A stretch of 64,000 nucleotides of DNA from an uncultured Actinotalea sp. (GTDB lineage Bacteria; Actinomycetota; Actinomycetes; Actinomycetales; Cellulomonadaceae), in NCBI GenBank assembly GCA_964349585.1, contig CAYGGX010000001.1:11688-75687 (forward strand), read 5' to 3'. Position numbers and translations under genes: made by a program. The notes below the pieces were generated by a model. That model searched no databases. It saw nothing but the letters and a program-made list of their open reading frames with translations, and was not told the origin of the DNA. Shown in pieces: positions 18,994-31,286 of this stretch (position 1 is the first letter of the stretch; each line of letters starts with the position of its first letter).

Positions 18994-20558
18994 GGGATGA
19001 ATCTTGCCGCATCGCTCAGCGCGCCCAGCAGCGGCGACGGGAGCACGCCGAGCAGGAGGGTCCCGGCCGCGGCGATGCCGACCGCCACGACCGTCAGGCC
19101 CTCCCCGCCGACCACCGTCGTCCGATCGCCGAGCGCACCGGGCTCCGTGAAGAACATCAGCACCACGAGTCGGACGTAGAAGAACACCGCCGCAGCCGAG
19201 GCGAGCACGCCCACCGCGACGAGCCAGACGAGCCCACCCTCCACGGCCGCCGCGAACACCGCGAACTTGCCGGTGAAGCCGGCCGTCAGCGGGATGCCCG
19301 CGAAGGAGAGCATGAACAGGGTGAAGGCCGCGGCGAGCGCGGGGTGCCGCCGACCGAGGCCCGCCCACTGGCTGAGGTGGGTCGCCTCGGCGACGACGGC
19401 GCCGCCCGGTCCGGTGTTGACCTCGCGCACCAGCGAGACCACCCCGAACGCCCCGATCGTGGCGAGTCCGTAGGCGAGCAGGTAGAACATCACCGACGCG
19501 ATGCCGCTCTGGTTCAGCGCCACGACACCGACGAGCAGGAACCCGGCGTGCGCGATCGACGAGTAGGCGAGCATCCGCTTGACGTCGGTCTGCACGATCG
19601 CCACCACCGTGCCCAGGACCATGGTGAGCACCGCCACGCCCCACAGGGCGGGCATGATGTCCCACTCGAGGGGCGGCAGCACCACGTACACGATCCGCAG
19701 CAGGGCGCCGAAGGCGGCCACCTTGGTGCAAGCGGCCATGAAGCCCGTGACCGGGGTCGGGGCACCCTGGTAGACGTCCGGGGTCCAGGAGTGGAACGGC
19801 ACCGCGCTCACCTTGAACAGCAGTCCGACGACCAGCAGCGCGACTCCGGTCAGCAGGAGCGGGTCCAGCCCGGAGACGGAGCTCACCGCAGCGGCGATCT
19901 CCGCCAGCCGCACCGAGCCGGCGAACCCGTAGAGCAGGGCGGCGCCGAACAGGAAGAAGGCCGACGCGTAGGCGCCCAGCAGGAAGTACTTCATCGACGC
20001 CTCCTGGCTGAGCAGGCGGCGTCGGCGGGCCATTCCGACCAGCAGGTAGAGCGGCAGCGAGAGCACCTCGAGGGCGATGAACAGGGACAGCAGGTCCCCG
20101 GCGGCCGGGAAGATCATCATCCCGCCGAGGGCGAAGAGCGTGAGGGGGAAGACCTCGGTCTGCACCAGGCCCTTGCGCAAGGCGAGCACCTCGTAGTCGG
20201 AGCCCGGCACGGCCGCCGACGACGGCGCGAACGCATCCTCGCCCGAATGCGTCCGGTCGGCCATGACGAGCAGCCCGAGCAGACCGAGCACGACGACGAC
20301 CGCCTGCAGCACGAGGGCCGGCCCGTCCAGGATCATGGACCCGCCGAGCAGCACCTCGCCGCCGCCCTCGACGACGTCGCCCCACAGGGCGGCGAGCGCG
20401 ACCAGCGCCCCGGCCATGGCCGCGAGGGCAAGGACGAGCTGCACGAGGCGTCGGAGCCTGAGCGGAACGAGGGCCTCGACCAGCACGCCAAGCACCCCGG
20501 CGCCGAGCACGATGATCACCGGGGCAAGGCTGGCCCACGGGATCGTGGGAGTCGTCAC
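18990..20558 (-). CDS. nuoN: NADH-quinone oxidoreductase subunit N
   Basis: EASMKYFLLG, FKVSAVPFHSWTPDVYQGAPT, KRMLAYSSIAH. Confidence 0.96.
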   Translation of the reverse strand: MTTPTIPWASLAPVIIVLGAGVLGVLVEALVPLRLRRLVQLVLALAAMAGALVALAALWGDVVEGGGEVLLGGSMILDGPALVLQAVVVVLGLLGLLVMADRTHSGEDAFAPSSAAVPGSDYEVLALRKGLVQTEVFPLTLFALGGMMIFPAAGDLLSLFIALEVLSLPLYLLVGMARRRRLLSQEASMKYFLLGAYASAFFLFGAALLYGFAGSVRLAEIAAAVSSVSGLDPLLLTGVALLVVGLLFKVSAVPFHSWTPDVYQGAPTPVTGFMAACTKVAAFGALLRIVYVVLPPLEWDIMPALWGVAVLTMVLGTVVAIVQTDVKRMLAYSSIAHAGFLLVGVVALNQSGIASVMFYLLAYGLATIGAFGVVSLVREVNTGPGGAVVAEATHLSQWAGLGRRHPALAAAFTLFMLSFAGIPLTAGFTGKFAVFAAAVEGGLVWLVAVGVLASAAAVFFYVRLVVLMFFTEPGALGDRTTVVGGEGLTVVAVGIAAAGTLLLGVLPSPLLGALSDAARFIP

Positions 20559-22174
20559 TGGTCACTCCCGTCGTCGGTGCCGCTCTCGGGCGGCGCGGCG
20601 GCCTCCACCGAGAGGTCGGCGATGCCGAGGTCGGCGACGGTCTGGGTCGCCGGATCACGGACCAGGTCGATCACGGGCGCCGGGTACAGGCCGAAGACCA
20701 GGAGCCCGGCGATCAGCGGCCCGACCACCCAACGCTCGCGCCCGGTCAGGTCGGGTCGGGGGTCGAGGGACTCCGGCCGGGGCCCCGTGAAGATCCGCTG
20801 GTAGGTGATCAGGACGTAGAGCGCGGCCAGCACCACGCCGAGGGTCGCGACCACCGCGGCCGGCCGGTTCGCGGCGAACGTGCCGACGAACACGAGCAGC
20901 TCGCTGACGAAGGGGGCCAGGCCCGGCAGCGAGAGGGCGGACAACCCGGCGACCAGGAAGGTGCCGGCCAGGATCGGCAGGCCGCGCTGCAGCCCGCCGT
21001 ACGCCCCGATCCGGGCCGTACCCCAGCGCGCCACCAGGAACCCGGCAAGCAGGAAGAGGGCGCCCGTGGACAGGCCGTGGGTGAACATGTAGAGCGATGC
21101 GCCCTGGGTGCTCACCGAGGTGAAGGCGAAGATGCCGAGCACGATGAAGCCGAAGTGGCTCACCGAGGTGTACGCGATCAACCGCATCAGGTCCTCCTGG
21201 CCGATGGCCAGGAACGCCCCGTAGAGGATCGAGATCACCGCGAGGACGATGATCACCGGTGCCGCCCAGCGGGACGCGGCGGGGAACAGCGGGAGGCAGA
21301 GGGTCAGCATCCCGAACGTCCCGACCTTGTCCAGCACCCCCACCAGGAGCACGTTCGTGCCCGCCGGCGCCTGCTCGGCGGCGTCGGGCAGCCACGTGTG
21401 CACCGGCCACATCGGCGCCTTGATGGCGAAGGCGAGGAAGAAGGAGGCGAAGATGGCGCGCTCCACCCAGGTCGCCATCTCCGTGCCGACGAGCGTGTCG
21501 ATCAGGAAGCCGTCCGGGCCGCCCGGACCCTGCACGTACAGCGCGATCACGCCGGCCAGCATCACGAGGCCGCCGGCCAGGGAGTAGATCAGGAACTTCA
21601 CGGCGGCGTACCGGCGCTGGGCGCCGCCGAAGGCGCCGATCATGAAGTACACCGGGATGAGCATGGCCTCGAACAGGACGTAGAACAGGAACACGTCCCG
21701 GGCGGCGAACACGGCGATCGTCAGGGACTCGAGGACCAGGATCAGGGCAACGTAGTCGCGGATCCGGCGCCCGGTGGAGTCGGCCGGGGAGCCCTCGCCC
21801 GCGGCGGGCGCGTCACCCAGCGCGTCGCCGTCCGCCGCGTCCGGGTGCTCGCGCCAGGCGGCAAGCAGGACCACCGGCACCAGCAGCGCCGAGAGCAGGA
21901 CGAGCAGCAGCCCGACCCCGTTCACCCCGAGCGCGTAGTTGACGCCGAAGGCCGGGATCCAGGAGACCTGCTCGGTGAGCTGCACCGTCCCGGCGGAGCT
22001 GATGTCGAAGGCCACCAGCACCAGCACCGCCAGCCCGAGCGCGACGAGCGAGACGCCCACCGCGACGTGCCGGGCCCAGCGCCGCAACCCACCGGGCAGC
22101 GCCCAGACGAGCCCGGCGCCGACGAGCGGCACCAGGATGAGGCTGGTCAGCCAAGGGAACGACGAGTTGATCAT
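20555..22174 (-). CDS. nuoM: NADH-quinone oxidoreductase subunit M
   Basis: FYVLFEAMLIP, IKAPMWPVHTWLPDA, LIAYTSVSHFG. Confidence 0.96.
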   Translation of the reverse strand: MINSSFPWLTSLILVPLVGAGLVWALPGGLRRWARHVAVGVSLVALGLAVLVLVAFDISSAGTVQLTEQVSWIPAFGVNYALGVNGVGLLLVLLSALLVPVVLLAAWREHPDAADGDALGDAPAAGEGSPADSTGRRIRDYVALILVLESLTIAVFAARDVFLFYVLFEAMLIPVYFMIGAFGGAQRRYAAVKFLIYSLAGGLVMLAGVIALYVQGPGGPDGFLIDTLVGTEMATWVERAIFASFFLAFAIKAPMWPVHTWLPDAAEQAPAGTNVLLVGVLDKVGTFGMLTLCLPLFPAASRWAAPVIIVLAVISILYGAFLAIGQEDLMRLIAYTSVSHFGFIVLGIFAFTSVSTQGASLYMFTHGLSTGALFLLAGFLVARWGTARIGAYGGLQRGLPILAGTFLVAGLSALSLPGLAPFVSELLVFVGTFAANRPAAVVATLGVVLAALYVLITYQRIFTGPRPESLDPRPDLTGRERWVVGPLIAGLLVFGLYPAPVIDLVRDPATQTVADLGIADLSVEAAAPPESGTDDGSDQ

Positions 22175-22182
22175 GAGTCCCC

Positions 22183-24138
22183 TCAGATCCGGAAGGCCAG
22201 GACGACGACGACCAAAGCCACGACGCCCAGGACCATGGTCAGCGCGTAGGAGCGGACGAATCCGGTCTGCAGGCGGCGGAGCAGCTCACCGGAACCGGCC
22301 ACCCCCCGGCTGATCCCGGTGACCGTCCCGTCGACCACCCGCCGGTCGCCGAAGACCAGGGAGCGGGTCAGGTACTGGCCGGGACGCATGAGCAGGGCCT
22401 CGTTCACGTCGTCGGCGTACAGGTCGCGTCGGGCGGCCCGGGTCAGCACGGAACCGCGCGGGGGCACGACGGCGACCGGGGCTGCCGCGTACTGGCGCCA
22501 GGCGAGCACGACGCCGGCGGCGACGAGCAGGAGCGTGAGGGTCATGATCAGGGGCACGGGGAGCACGGGGTCGTGGTGCTCCAGCTCGCCGGTGACCGGC
22601 TCGAGCCAGGTGGTGAACCCGCCCCCGATGGCAAGCACGCCACCGAGCAGCGCCGACCCGCCGGCGAGGATGATCATCGGCCAGACCATCAGGCCGGGAG
22701 CCTCGTGCGGATGGCGCACCGGTCCGTCGGCGGGTCCGCCCGGCACCATCCCGCTGCCGTCGTCCCAGCGCCGCGACCCGTGGAAGGTCATCAAGAACAG
22801 GCGGGACATGTAGAAGGCCGTGATCCCGACGCCGACGAGGGCAACCGTCCCGAAGACCCACGGCTGCCAGCCGCCGTCGACCGCGTATGCCGACTCGATG
22901 ATCCGGTCCTTGCTCCAGAAGCCGGAGAACGGGGGCACCCCCATGATCGCCAGCCAGGCCAGCGCGAACGTCACCCAGGTGAGCTTCAGGTAGCGCGACA
23001 GGGCGCCGTACCGGCGCATGTCGACCTCGTCGCCCATGCCGTGCATCACCGAGCCCGCCCCGAGGAACAGGCCGGCCTTGAAGAACCCGTGCGTCAGCAG
23101 GTGCAGGATCGCGAACGCGTACCCGATGGGGCCGAGGCCGGCGGCGAGCATCATGTAGCCGATCTGCGACATCGTGGAGGCCGCGAGAGCCTTCTTGATG
23201 TCGTCCTTCGCGCAGCCGACGATCGCCCCGAAGATCAGGGTGATCGCCCCGACGATCGCCACCACCAGCAGGGCGGTCGGCGCCCCCGCGTACACCGGGG
23301 CGGATCGGATCACCAGGTAGACGCCGGCGGTGACCATGGTCGCCGCGTGGATCAGGGCGGACACCGGAGTGGGGCCGGCCATCGCGTCCCCGAGCCAGGA
23401 CTGCAGCGGGAACTGCGCGGACTTTCCGCACGCGGCGAGCAGCAGCAGCAGGCCGAGCGCCGTGAGGGTCGGTTCGCCCGCCTCCGGCGCGCCCGCGAAC
23501 ACCGTCTGGAACCCGGTGCCGCCGAACACCGCCACCATGATCATCACGGCGACCAGCAGGCCGACGTCCCCGACCCGGTTCACCACGAACGCCTTCTTGG
23601 CGGCGACCGCGTTGGGCAGCTCGCGGTTCCAGAACCCGATCAGCAGGTAAGAGGCCAGCCCGACGCCCTCCCAGCCGACGAACAGCAGGACGTAGGAGTC
23701 GGCGAGCACCAGCAGCAGCATCGCCGCGACGAACAGGTTCAGGTACCCGAAGAACCGGCGCCGGTCGACGTCGTCGGCCATGTAGGCGATCGAGTAGACG
23801 TGGATCAGGGTCCCCACGAACGTCACGAGGAGCACGAAGCTCATCGACAGCGGGTCGACGAGCAGGCCCAGGTCGACGGTGAACGCGCCCGCCGGTATCC
23901 AGGTGCCCAGGGCCAGGCTCTGCACCCGCTCCGCCGGGTCGAGCCGGAGCATCGCCACCCAGATCGCGGCGGCTACGACGAAGGCGGCGCCGGGCACCAG
24001 GGCGCCGAACCAGTGCCCCCAGCGGTCGCCGCGCCGACCCACCAGCAGCAGCACGGCGGCGCCGAGCAGCGGCAGCGCGACCAGCAGCCAGGCGGCACCG
24101 ACGACCCCACCGGCGGCCCCCGCGGACAGTGCTGACAT
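22183..24138 (-). CDS. nuoL: NADH-quinone oxidoreductase subunit L
   Basis: [47 protein letters not shown]. Confidence 0.96.
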   Translation of the reverse strand: MSALSAGAAGGVVGAAWLLVALPLLGAAVLLLVGRRGDRWGHWFGALVPGAAFVVAAAIWVAMLRLDPAERVQSLALGTWIPAGAFTVDLGLLVDPLSMSFVLLVTFVGTLIHVYSIAYMADDVDRRRFFGYLNLFVAAMLLLVLADSYVLLFVGWEGVGLASYLLIGFWNRELPNAVAAKKAFVVNRVGDVGLLVAVMIMVAVFGGTGFQTVFAGAPEAGEPTLTALGLLLLLAACGKSAQFPLQSWLGDAMAGPTPVSALIHAATMVTAGVYLVIRSAPVYAGAPTALLVVAIVGAITLIFGAIVGCAKDDIKKALAASTMSQIGYMMLAAGLGPIGYAFAILHLLTHGFFKAGLFLGAGSVMHGMGDEVDMRRYGALSRYLKLTWVTFALAWLAIMGVPPFSGFWSKDRIIESAYAVDGGWQPWVFGTVALVGVGITAFYMSRLFLMTFHGSRRWDDGSGMVPGGPADGPVRHPHEAPGLMVWPMIILAGGSALLGGVLAIGGGFTTWLEPVTGELEHHDPVLPVPLIMTLTLLLVAAGVVLAWRQYAAAPVAVVPPRGSVLTRAARRDLYADDVNEALLMRPGQYLTRSLVFGDRRVVDGTVTGISRGVAGSGELLRRLQTGFVRSYALTMVLGVVALVVVVLAFRI

Positions 24139-24146
24139 GTCGCTCC

Positions 24147-24446
24147 TCAGCTCTTCAGCAGGTTGACGTCGTCGACCGAGGCCGAGCGGCGGGTGCGGAA
24201 GATCGCCACGATGATCGCCAGGCCGACGACCACCTCCGCGGCGGCGACCACCATGACGAAGAGCGCGACCACCTGCCCGGTGAGGTCACCGTGGATCCGG
24301 GCGAACGTGACGAACGCCAGGTTCGCGGCGTTGAGCATCAGCTCCACACCCATGAAGGCGACGATCGCGTTTCGGCGGACCAGCACGGTCGTCGACCCGA
24401 TTGCGAACAGGACAGCGGACAGCACCAAGTAGTTGCTCGGGTTCAC
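24147..24446 (-). CDS. nuoK: NADH-quinone oxidoreductase subunit K
   Basis: [29 protein letters not shown]; GTG 24446. Confidence 0.95.
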   Translation of the reverse strand: MNPSNYLVLSAVLFAIGSTTVLVRRNAIVAFMGVELMLNAANLAFVTFARIHGDLTGQVVALFVMVVAAAEVVVGLAIIVAIFRTRRSASVDDVNLLKS

Positions 24447-25291
24447 CGCACCTGCTCCTCGCCCGTGATGGAGCGCTCCGGCGGGCTGGAGCCGGTGGCC
24501 TCGTCGCCCAGGTGGGCGTGCACCTCGCCGACCTCCCGCTCCTGGCCGCGGACCCGCAGCACCCGCGGCACCGACCCCTCGACGGGCCGGCCACCGGGTC
24601 CGAGCGCCGGGACGTCCATCGCGTTGCTCCGGGCGTAGACGCCCGGAGCGGGCAGGGGGGTGAGCGACTCGCCCGCGGAGACCCGCGCGTCGGCGCGCTC
24701 CCTCTGGCCGACCCGACGAACGAGCCGGCGCTGGTGGGTGAGCACGATCGCGCCCACCGCAGCGGTGATCAGCAGGATCCCCACCACCTCGAGCGCGAAC
24801 ACGTGGTCGCCGAAGATGATCCGCGCGACGCCCACCGGGTTGGAGTCCGCGTTCGCCTCCGCGAGCCCGGTCGCGGTGAGGCCGGCGGCCGTCAGGACGA
24901 CGCCGACCAGAACCGCGCCCAGCCCGGCGCCCAGCAGCAGAGCGACCCAGCGCTGCCCGGTGATCGTCTCCGTGAGCGAGTCCGACGCGTCCACGCCGAC
25001 GAGCATCAGGACGAAGAGGAAGAGCATCATCACCGCGCCGGTGTACACGATCACCTGCACCACGCCGAGGAAAGGCGCCTCCTGGGCGACGTAGATCACC
25101 GCGAGCGACACCATTACGACGATCACGCTCATCGCCGCGTACACCGTCCGCCGAGCGAAGATCAGGCCGAGCGCGGCGAGCACCATCACCGGGGCCAGCA
25201 CCCAGAACAGCACGGCCTCGCCGGTGGAGGTCCGGCCGGTCTCGGCCAGGCCGGTGGCAAGCTGCGCCGCGGGCAGGGCCAGCGCGATCAT
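24443..25291 (-). CDS. nuoJ: NADH-quinone oxidoreductase subunit J
   Basis: [19 protein letters not shown]; position in operon; ATG 25291. Confidence 0.93.
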   Translation of the reverse strand: MIALALPAAQLATGLAETGRTSTGEAVLFWVLAPVMVLAALGLIFARRTVYAAMSVIVVMVSLAVIYVAQEAPFLGVVQVIVYTGAVMMLFLFVLMLVGVDASDSLTETITGQRWVALLLGAGLGAVLVGVVLTAAGLTATGLAEANADSNPVGVARIIFGDHVFALEVVGILLITAAVGAIVLTHQRRLVRRVGQRERADARVSAGESLTPLPAPGVYARSNAMDVPALGPGGRPVEGSVPRVLRVRGQEREVGEVHAHLGDEATGSSPPERSITGEEQVR

Positions 25292-25992
25292 CTGCCCTCC
25301 CTGGGGGTCTCTGTCCCGGCCGGCCTGCGCAGCGCGTCGAGCGACGGGTCGTCCGGTCGATGCTCCGCGACCCAGTCGATCTGCTCCGGGACCGGTCCGG
25401 ACACCGCCCCACGGTAGTAGTCCACGTCGCGCATCCCGGGCGGCATCGGGTGCGGCGCGGCGAGCATCCCCTCGGAGAGCGGGACCAGCAGGTCCGCCTT
25501 CTCGTAGATCATGCCGCTCCGGGTCGGGCCGGCGAGCTCGTACTCGTTGGTCATCGTCAGCGCACGGGTCGGGCAGGCCTCGATGCAGAGCCCGCAGAAG
25601 ATGCACCGCAGGTAGTTGATCTGGTAGACGCGGCCGTACCGCTCACCGGGGGCGAACTGGGCTTCGGGGGTGTTGTCCGCGCCCTCGACGTAGATCGCAT
25701 CGGCCGGGCACGCCCAGGCGCACAGCTCGCAGCCGATGCACTTCTCCAGCCCGTCGGGGTACCGGTTGAGCTGGTGGCGGCCATGGAAGCGCGGCTTCGT
25801 CGGCGCCCGCTCCGACGGGTACTCCTCGGTGATCACCGGCTTGAAGATCGACGACAGCGTCACGCCGAAGCCGGCAACCGGTGCCAGCAGCTCACCTACC
25901 GGGTTCTTCTTCGGCAGCAGCGAGGGGGCCGGCGCCGGGTCGGTCGGCCGGTCCACCCCGGACTGGCGACGGGTCAGGTCCTTGTCAGCCAT
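25288..25992 (-). CDS. nuoI: NADH-quinone oxidoreductase subunit I
   Basis: [12 protein letters not shown] and [12 protein letters not shown] ferredoxin motifs. Confidence 0.96.
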   Translation of the reverse strand: MADKDLTRRQSGVDRPTDPAPAPSLLPKKNPVGELLAPVAGFGVTLSSIFKPVITEEYPSERAPTKPRFHGRHQLNRYPDGLEKCIGCELCAWACPADAIYVEGADNTPEAQFAPGERYGRVYQINYLRCIFCGLCIEACPTRALTMTNEYELAGPTRSGMIYEKADLLVPLSEGMLAAPHPMPPGMRDVDYYRGAVSGPVPEQIDWVAEHRPDDPSLDALRRPAGTETPREGR

Positions 25993-27316
25993 TGGACTCC
26001 TCCTCGTCGGCTTCCCCGGCCTCGAGCAGCGCGGCTGGGGCCGTCACCTCCTGCTCGGCGAGGCGGCGGCGCTCGGACGGCGGGAGCGTCTGCCCGGGCA
26101 GCGGCGGGACGGGGTATCCGCCGGCGAACGGGTCGAAGGGCTTCCGCAGCTTGCGGGGGGGCGCCTTCTCCGGGATCACGAAGGAGACCGCGACGCCGAT
26201 CAGGGCGACGACGCCCACCCCGATGACGAGCGTCTGCAGGTCGATCCCGGTGAACTGACGCACGCCCTGGACCGCAGCGACCATGACCACCCAGGCGAAG
26301 CCGGCTGGGATGAGCACCTTCCAGCCGAACCGCATGAACTGGTCGTACCGGAGCCGGACGAGCGTCCCCCGGATCCAGACGAACAGGAACATGAAGAGCC
26401 ACAGCTTGGCGAGGAACCAGAGCAGCGGCCACCAGCCGGTGTTCAGCATCCCGTCGTTGATCGCCGACAGCGGCCACGGGGCGCGCCAGCCGCCGAAGAA
26501 CAGCGTGGTGGCGACGGCGGAGACGTTGAGCATGTTGATGTACTCGGCGAGGAAGAACCAGGCGAACTTCATCGACGAGTACTCGGTCATGTACCCCGAC
26601 ACCAGCTCGCCCTCCGCCTCCGGGAGGTCGAACGGCATCCGGTTCGACTCGCCGATCATCGAGATGACGTAGATGACGAAGGCGGGCAGCAGGGGCAGGA
26701 ACCACCAGACCTGGGTCTGGGCGGCCACGATCTGCGAGGTCGACATCGAGCCGGAGAGGATGAACACGCTGACCAGGGAGAGGCCCATCGCCAGCTCGTA
26801 GGAGATCACTTGGGCGGTGGAGCGCACGGAGCCGAGCAGCGGGTAGGTCGACCGGGAGGACCAGCCGCCCAGAACGATGCCGTATACGCCCAGGGCGGCC
26901 GCGGCGAGGATGTAGAGCACCGCGACGGGGAAGTCGGTCAGCTGCAGCGGCGTGACCACGCCGAAGATGCTCACCTCGGGGCCCATCGGGATCACGGCGA
27001 AGACCAGCAACGCGCAGAACACGGAGATCATCGGCGCGACCAGGTACGACAACCGGTCCGCCGCGCGGACCGTGATGTCCTCCTTGAAGAGCAGCTTCAT
27101 CGCGTCGGCGATCGGTTGGACCAGCCCGAACGGGCCGTGCACGTTGGGCCCCCGGCGGATCTGCATCCGGGCCACCACCTTGCGCTCGAACCAGATCGCA
27201 AACAGCACGCTCAGCAACAGGAAGACGATGATCGCGACGGCCTTGAGCAGCACGATCCACCAGGTGTCGTTGCTGAAGTCCGCGGCCCCGGGGGCAACCT
27301 GCGCAAGAACCATCAC
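25985..27316 (-). CDS. nuoH: NADH-quinone oxidoreductase subunit H
   Basis: [38 protein letters not shown]. Confidence 0.96.
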   Translation of the reverse strand: MMVLAQVAPGAADFSNDTWWIVLLKAVAIIVFLLLSVLFAIWFERKVVARMQIRRGPNVHGPFGLVQPIADAMKLLFKEDITVRAADRLSYLVAPMISVFCALLVFAVIPMGPEVSIFGVVTPLQLTDFPVAVLYILAAAALGVYGIVLGGWSSRSTYPLLGSVRSTAQVISYELAMGLSLVSVFILSGSMSTSQIVAAQTQVWWFLPLLPAFVIYVISMIGESNRMPFDLPEAEGELVSGYMTEYSSMKFAWFFLAEYINMLNVSAVATTLFFGGWRAPWPLSAINDGMLNTGWWPLLWFLAKLWLFMFLFVWIRGTLVRLRYDQFMRFGWKVLIPAGFAWVVMVAAVQGVRQFTGIDLQTLVIGVGVVALIGVAVSFVIPEKAPPRKLRKPFDPFAGGYPVPPLPGQTLPPSERRRLAEQEVTAPAALLEAGEADEEESNG

Positions 27317-29943
27317 GATGCCTCTCCGTTGAGCGCGGCCGGCGCGATCGACACGACCTGACCGGCGTCGGCCCGAAGCGTCCGGCGCACCATCGAGCCA
27401 GGCGAGTGCGTCGGGAGCCAGACGACGCCGTCGGGCATCGGGGTGACCACCAGCGGCAGCGTGATCTGGCCGTGGTCGGTGCGCACCGTCAGCCCGTCAC
27501 CGCTGCCCAGCCCCAGAGCAGCCGCCGTCGGCTCCGACAGCCGGGCGACCGGCCGCTGCGCCGTGCCGGCCAGGAACCGCTCGCCGTCCTGGCACCGGCC
27601 CGCGTCGAGCAGCAGGTGCCACGTGGCGAGCACCGCCTGGCCGGGACCAAGTGCGGGCGGCTCACCGGCTGCGACGTCGGGGGGTGCCACCCGCGGTCCG
27701 TCCCACTCGCCCAGCTGTTCCAGCTCCGCGTGCACCTGGGCGATGGTGCCCAGCCCCAACGCCACGCCCATGGCGCCGGCGAGCGCGTCCAGCACGCGGT
27801 GGTCGGCCATCGAGGTGGACGTGAGGGCCTGGGGGAACGGGCGGCGCCGGCCCTCCCAGTTCAGGTACGTCCCGGCCCGCTCCACGGGCGGCGCGACCGG
27901 CAGGACGACGTCGGCCATGGCCGTGACCGCCGACGACCGGACCTCGAGGGACACCAGGAAGCCGGCCGCCAGGGCCGCGGCCGCAACGGCGGGGTCCGGC
28001 AGGTCCGCCGGATCGACGCCGCCGACGACGAGGCCGCCCAGCGCGCCGCCGGTCGCCGCGGCGAGGATCTCCGAGGTGCTCCGGCCGGGATCGGCAGGCA
28101 GCGACCCGACCTCCCAGAGGGCGGCGAGGTCCACCCGGGCGGCCGGATCGGTCACCGGCCGGCCGCCGGGTAGCAGCGCCGGGAGGGTGCCCATCTCCAG
28201 GCCGGCGCGCTCACCGATCCGACGCGGGATCCAGGCCAGGCGGGCTCCGGTGCGCGCCGCGATCCGCAGGACGGCGCTCAGGCCGCCCGGCACGGCCGCG
28301 AGCCGCTCGCCGACCACGATCACCGCGTTCTCGTCCAGGGCGGCCGCCGCGTCGCGGAGGGCGCCGCGGGACTTCGGCCCGACGGCGTCCAGCACCTCGG
28401 GCTCCGTGCCGGGTGCCGCCCGCAGCAGCGTCGCACCCAGGCGTTCCAGCCCGCGGCTCGCGAAAGGTGCTACCGAGAACACCCGGGTCCCGGCGCCAAC
28501 CGCCTTGCGCAGCCGGAGGAACAGGATCCCGCCCTCGTCCTCGGGCTCGAGGGCCAGGAGCAGCACGGCCGGCGCCCGGCCCAGGTCGTCGAACGTGACG
28601 CCGGTGCCGACAACCTGACCGAGGAACGCCGCCTCCTCCGCGGAGTGCGGCCGCGCCCGGTGGTCGACGTCGTTGCTGCCCAGGACCACCCGGGCGAACT
28701 TGGCGTACGCGTAGCTGTCCTCGAGCGTGAGTCGGCCACCCGGCAGCACGCCCACCCCGCCAGCCGCACGAGCCGCGGCCAGGCCCTCGGCCGCCCGGTC
28801 CAGGGCCTCGCTCCAGCTCGCGGGCCGAAGCTGCGAGCCGCCGTCGTCGGTCTGCTCGCGCACCAGGGGGACCGTCAGCCGGTCCGGCATGCCCTGCCAG
28901 GTGAAGCCAAACCGGTCCTTGTCGCTGATCCACTCCTCGTTGACCTCGGGGTCGTTGCCCGCCAACCGGCGCAGCACGACGCCGCGCCGATGGTCGATCC
29001 GGATCGCCGCGCCGTTGCTGTCGTGCTCGGCGACGCCGGGGGTCGAGATCAGGTCGAAGGGCCGCGACCGGAACCGGTAGGCCGCGCTGGTGAGCGCGCC
29101 GACCGGACAGATCTGGATGGTGTTCCCGGAGAAGTAGGAGGCGAACGGGCGCCCGGAGGTGTCAACCGTCGCCTGTCCGACCGGACCCGCCGGATCCTGC
29201 GCCGCGACCCCGCTGGCCGCGTCGATCGGCGTGCCGTCGGGCTGCACGCCGCGGTACACCTTGGCCGGCTCGGCCCCCTCGAAGCCGAGCACCCCGGGGT
29301 CGAAGACGCCGACCTGCTGGCCGGGCAGACCGTGCACCGCGTCCCCCGGCGAGCCGCCGCCGCGACCCTGCATGTCGATGAAGGGGTCGCCGGCGATCTC
29401 CTCGGAGAACCGGGTGCAGCGCTGGCAGAGCACGCACCTGTCGCGGTCGAGCAGGATCTGGGTGGAGATCGCGAGCGGCTTTGGGAAGGTCCGCTTCACG
29501 TCGTGGAACCGGGACGTCCCGCGCCCGTTGCTCATCGCCTGGTTCTGCAGCGGGCACTCCCCGCCCTTGTCGCAGGTGGGGCAGTCCAGCGGGTGGTTGA
29601 TCAGCAGGAACTCGAGCATCCCGTGCTGGGCCTTGTCCGCGACCGCCGAGGTCCGCTGGGTGGCGACCACCATGCCCTCGGTGGCCTCGATCGCGCAGGA
29701 CGCCTGCGGCTTGGGCATCGGCCGGACCGTGCCCTCCCGGTCGGGGACCGCCACCTCCACCAGGCACTGCCGGCACGCGCCGACCGGGGAGAGCAGCGGG
29801 TGCTCGCAGAACCGCGGGATCGCGATCCCGAGCTGCTCCGCGGCCCGGATCACGAACGTCCCCCTCGGCACCGACACCTCGATGCCGTCGATGGTGAAGG
29901 TGACCTCCTCCGGGGGGGCGACGGTGCGCGGATCGGCGGTCAT
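27313..29943 (-). CDS. nuoG: NADH-quinone oxidoreductase subunit G
   Basis: IPRFCEHP...[37 protein letters not shown]; ATG 29943. Confidence 0.96.
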   Translation of the reverse strand: MTADPRTVAPPEEVTFTIDGIEVSVPRGTFVIRAAEQLGIAIPRFCEHPLLSPVGACRQCLVEVAVPDREGTVRPMPKPQASCAIEATEGMVVATQRTSAVADKAQHGMLEFLLINHPLDCPTCDKGGECPLQNQAMSNGRGTSRFHDVKRTFPKPLAISTQILLDRDRCVLCQRCTRFSEEIAGDPFIDMQGRGGGSPGDAVHGLPGQQVGVFDPGVLGFEGAEPAKVYRGVQPDGTPIDAASGVAAQDPAGPVGQATVDTSGRPFASYFSGNTIQICPVGALTSAAYRFRSRPFDLISTPGVAEHDSNGAAIRIDHRRGVVLRRLAGNDPEVNEEWISDKDRFGFTWQGMPDRLTVPLVREQTDDGGSQLRPASWSEALDRAAEGLAAARAAGGVGVLPGGRLTLEDSYAYAKFARVVLGSNDVDHRARPHSAEEAAFLGQVVGTGVTFDDLGRAPAVLLLALEPEDEGGILFLRLRKAVGAGTRVFSVAPFASRGLERLGATLLRAAPGTEPEVLDAVGPKSRGALRDAAAALDENAVIVVGERLAAVPGGLSAVLRIAARTGARLAWIPRRIGERAGLEMGTLPALLPGGRPVTDPAARVDLAALWEVGSLPADPGRSTSEILAAATGGALGGLVVGGVDPADLPDPAVAAAALAAGFLVSLEVRSSAVTAMADVVLPVAPPVERAGTYLNWEGRRRPFPQALTSTSMADHRVLDALAGAMGVALGLGTIAQVHAELEQLGEWDGPRVAPPDVAAGEPPALGPGQAVLATWHLLLDAGRCQDGERFLAGTAQRPVARLSEPTAAALGLGSGDGLTVRTDHGQITLPLVVTPMPDGVVWLPTHSPGSMVRRTLRADAGQVVSIAPAALNGEAS

Positions 29944-31286
29944 GAGTGCGCCCCGGTCGCCGCCTCGCTGAACGAACGGCCGTCGGCCCGGCGCGGCGAG
30001 TAGTCGAACAGGGCCGACGCGACGGGGTCGAACGGGCAGCCCGCACCGGTGATGTGCGCCACGAACTCGTCGCGGAACAGGGCGATGCCCGAGGTGACCG
30101 TCAACGTCGCGCCGTCGCCCAGGGCGCAGAAGGCCCGGCCGAGGATGTTGTCGCACACGTCCAGCAGGGTGTCCAGGTCCGCCATGGTCCCGAGGCCGTG
30201 CTCGATCCGGGACAGGATCTGCTTCATCCAGTAGGTGCCCTCCCGGCACGGTGTGCACTTGCCGCACGACTCGTGCGCGTAGAAGTCCGCCCACCGCGAG
30301 ATGGCCCGGACGACGCAGGTGGTCTCGTCGAAGATCTGCAGCGCGCGGGTGCCGAGCATCGATCCAGCCTCGCCCACCGACTCGTAGTCCAGCGGCACGT
30401 CCAGGTGGGCGTCGGTGAGCAGCTGGGTGGAGGACCCGCCCGGCGTCCAGAACTTGAGCCGGTGGCCCTCGCGGATCCCGCCGGCCAGGTCGAGCAACTC
30501 GCGCAGCGTGATCCCCAGCGGCGCCTCGTACTGCCCCGGCCTGGTGACGTGCCCCGAGAGGGAGAACAGCCCGAAGCCGGTCGACTTCTCGGTGCCCATC
30601 GACCGGAACCAGTCGGCGCCGCCGGTGATGATCGACGCGACGGAGGCGATCGTCTCGACGTTGTTGATCACCGTCGGGCGGGCGTACAGGCCGACGACCG
30701 CCGGGAACGGGGGCTTGAGCCTCGGCTGGCCCCGCTTGCCCTCGAGCGAGTCGAGCAGGGCGGTCTCCTCGCCGCAGATGTAGGCGCCGGCCCCGGCGTG
30801 CACCACGACCTCCAGCTCGTACCCGGTGCCGAGGACGTCGGCGCCCAGGTAGCCCGCCTCGCGCGCCTGGGCGACCGCCTCGAGCATCCGGCGGTACACG
30901 TGCAGCACCTCGCCGCGAACGTAGATGAACGCGCGGTGGCAGCCGATGGCGAAGGCGGTGATGATCGTGCCCTCCAGCAGCAGGTGCGGGTCGGCCATCA
31001 TCAGCGGGATGTCCTTGCAGGTGCCCGGCTCCGACTCGTCCGCGTTGACCACCAGGTAGCGCGGGCCGCCGTCGGGCGGGGGCAGGAAGCCCCACTTCAT
31101 GCCCGCCGGGAAGCCCGCCCCGCCGCGACCCCGGAGCCCCGAGTCCTTGACGGCGGTGATGATGTCCGCCGGGTCCATCCCGAGGGCGGTGCGCAGCGCG
31201 GAGTAGCCGCCGTGGTCGACGTAGCTGCCCAGGTCCCAGGACCGGTCGGCGTCCCAATGGGCGGTGAGCACCGGGGTGAGTGTCAT
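29940..31286 (-). CDS. nuoF: NADH-quinone oxidoreductase subunit F
   Basis: [45 protein letters not shown]; start may be GTG 31289. Confidence 0.96.
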   Translation of the reverse strand: MTLTPVLTAHWDADRSWDLGSYVDHGGYSALRTALGMDPADIITAVKDSGLRGRGGAGFPAGMKWGFLPPPDGGPRYLVVNADESEPGTCKDIPLMMADPHLLLEGTIITAFAIGCHRAFIYVRGEVLHVYRRMLEAVAQAREAGYLGADVLGTGYELEVVVHAGAGAYICGEETALLDSLEGKRGQPRLKPPFPAVVGLYARPTVINNVETIASVASIITGGADWFRSMGTEKSTGFGLFSLSGHVTRPGQYEAPLGITLRELLDLAGGIREGHRLKFWTPGGSSTQLLTDAHLDVPLDYESVGEAGSMLGTRALQIFDETTCVVRAISRWADFYAHESCGKCTPCREGTYWMKQILSRIEHGLGTMADLDTLLDVCDNILGRAFCALGDGATLTVTSGIALFRDEFVAHITGAGCPFDPVASALFDYSPRRADGRSFSEAATGAHS

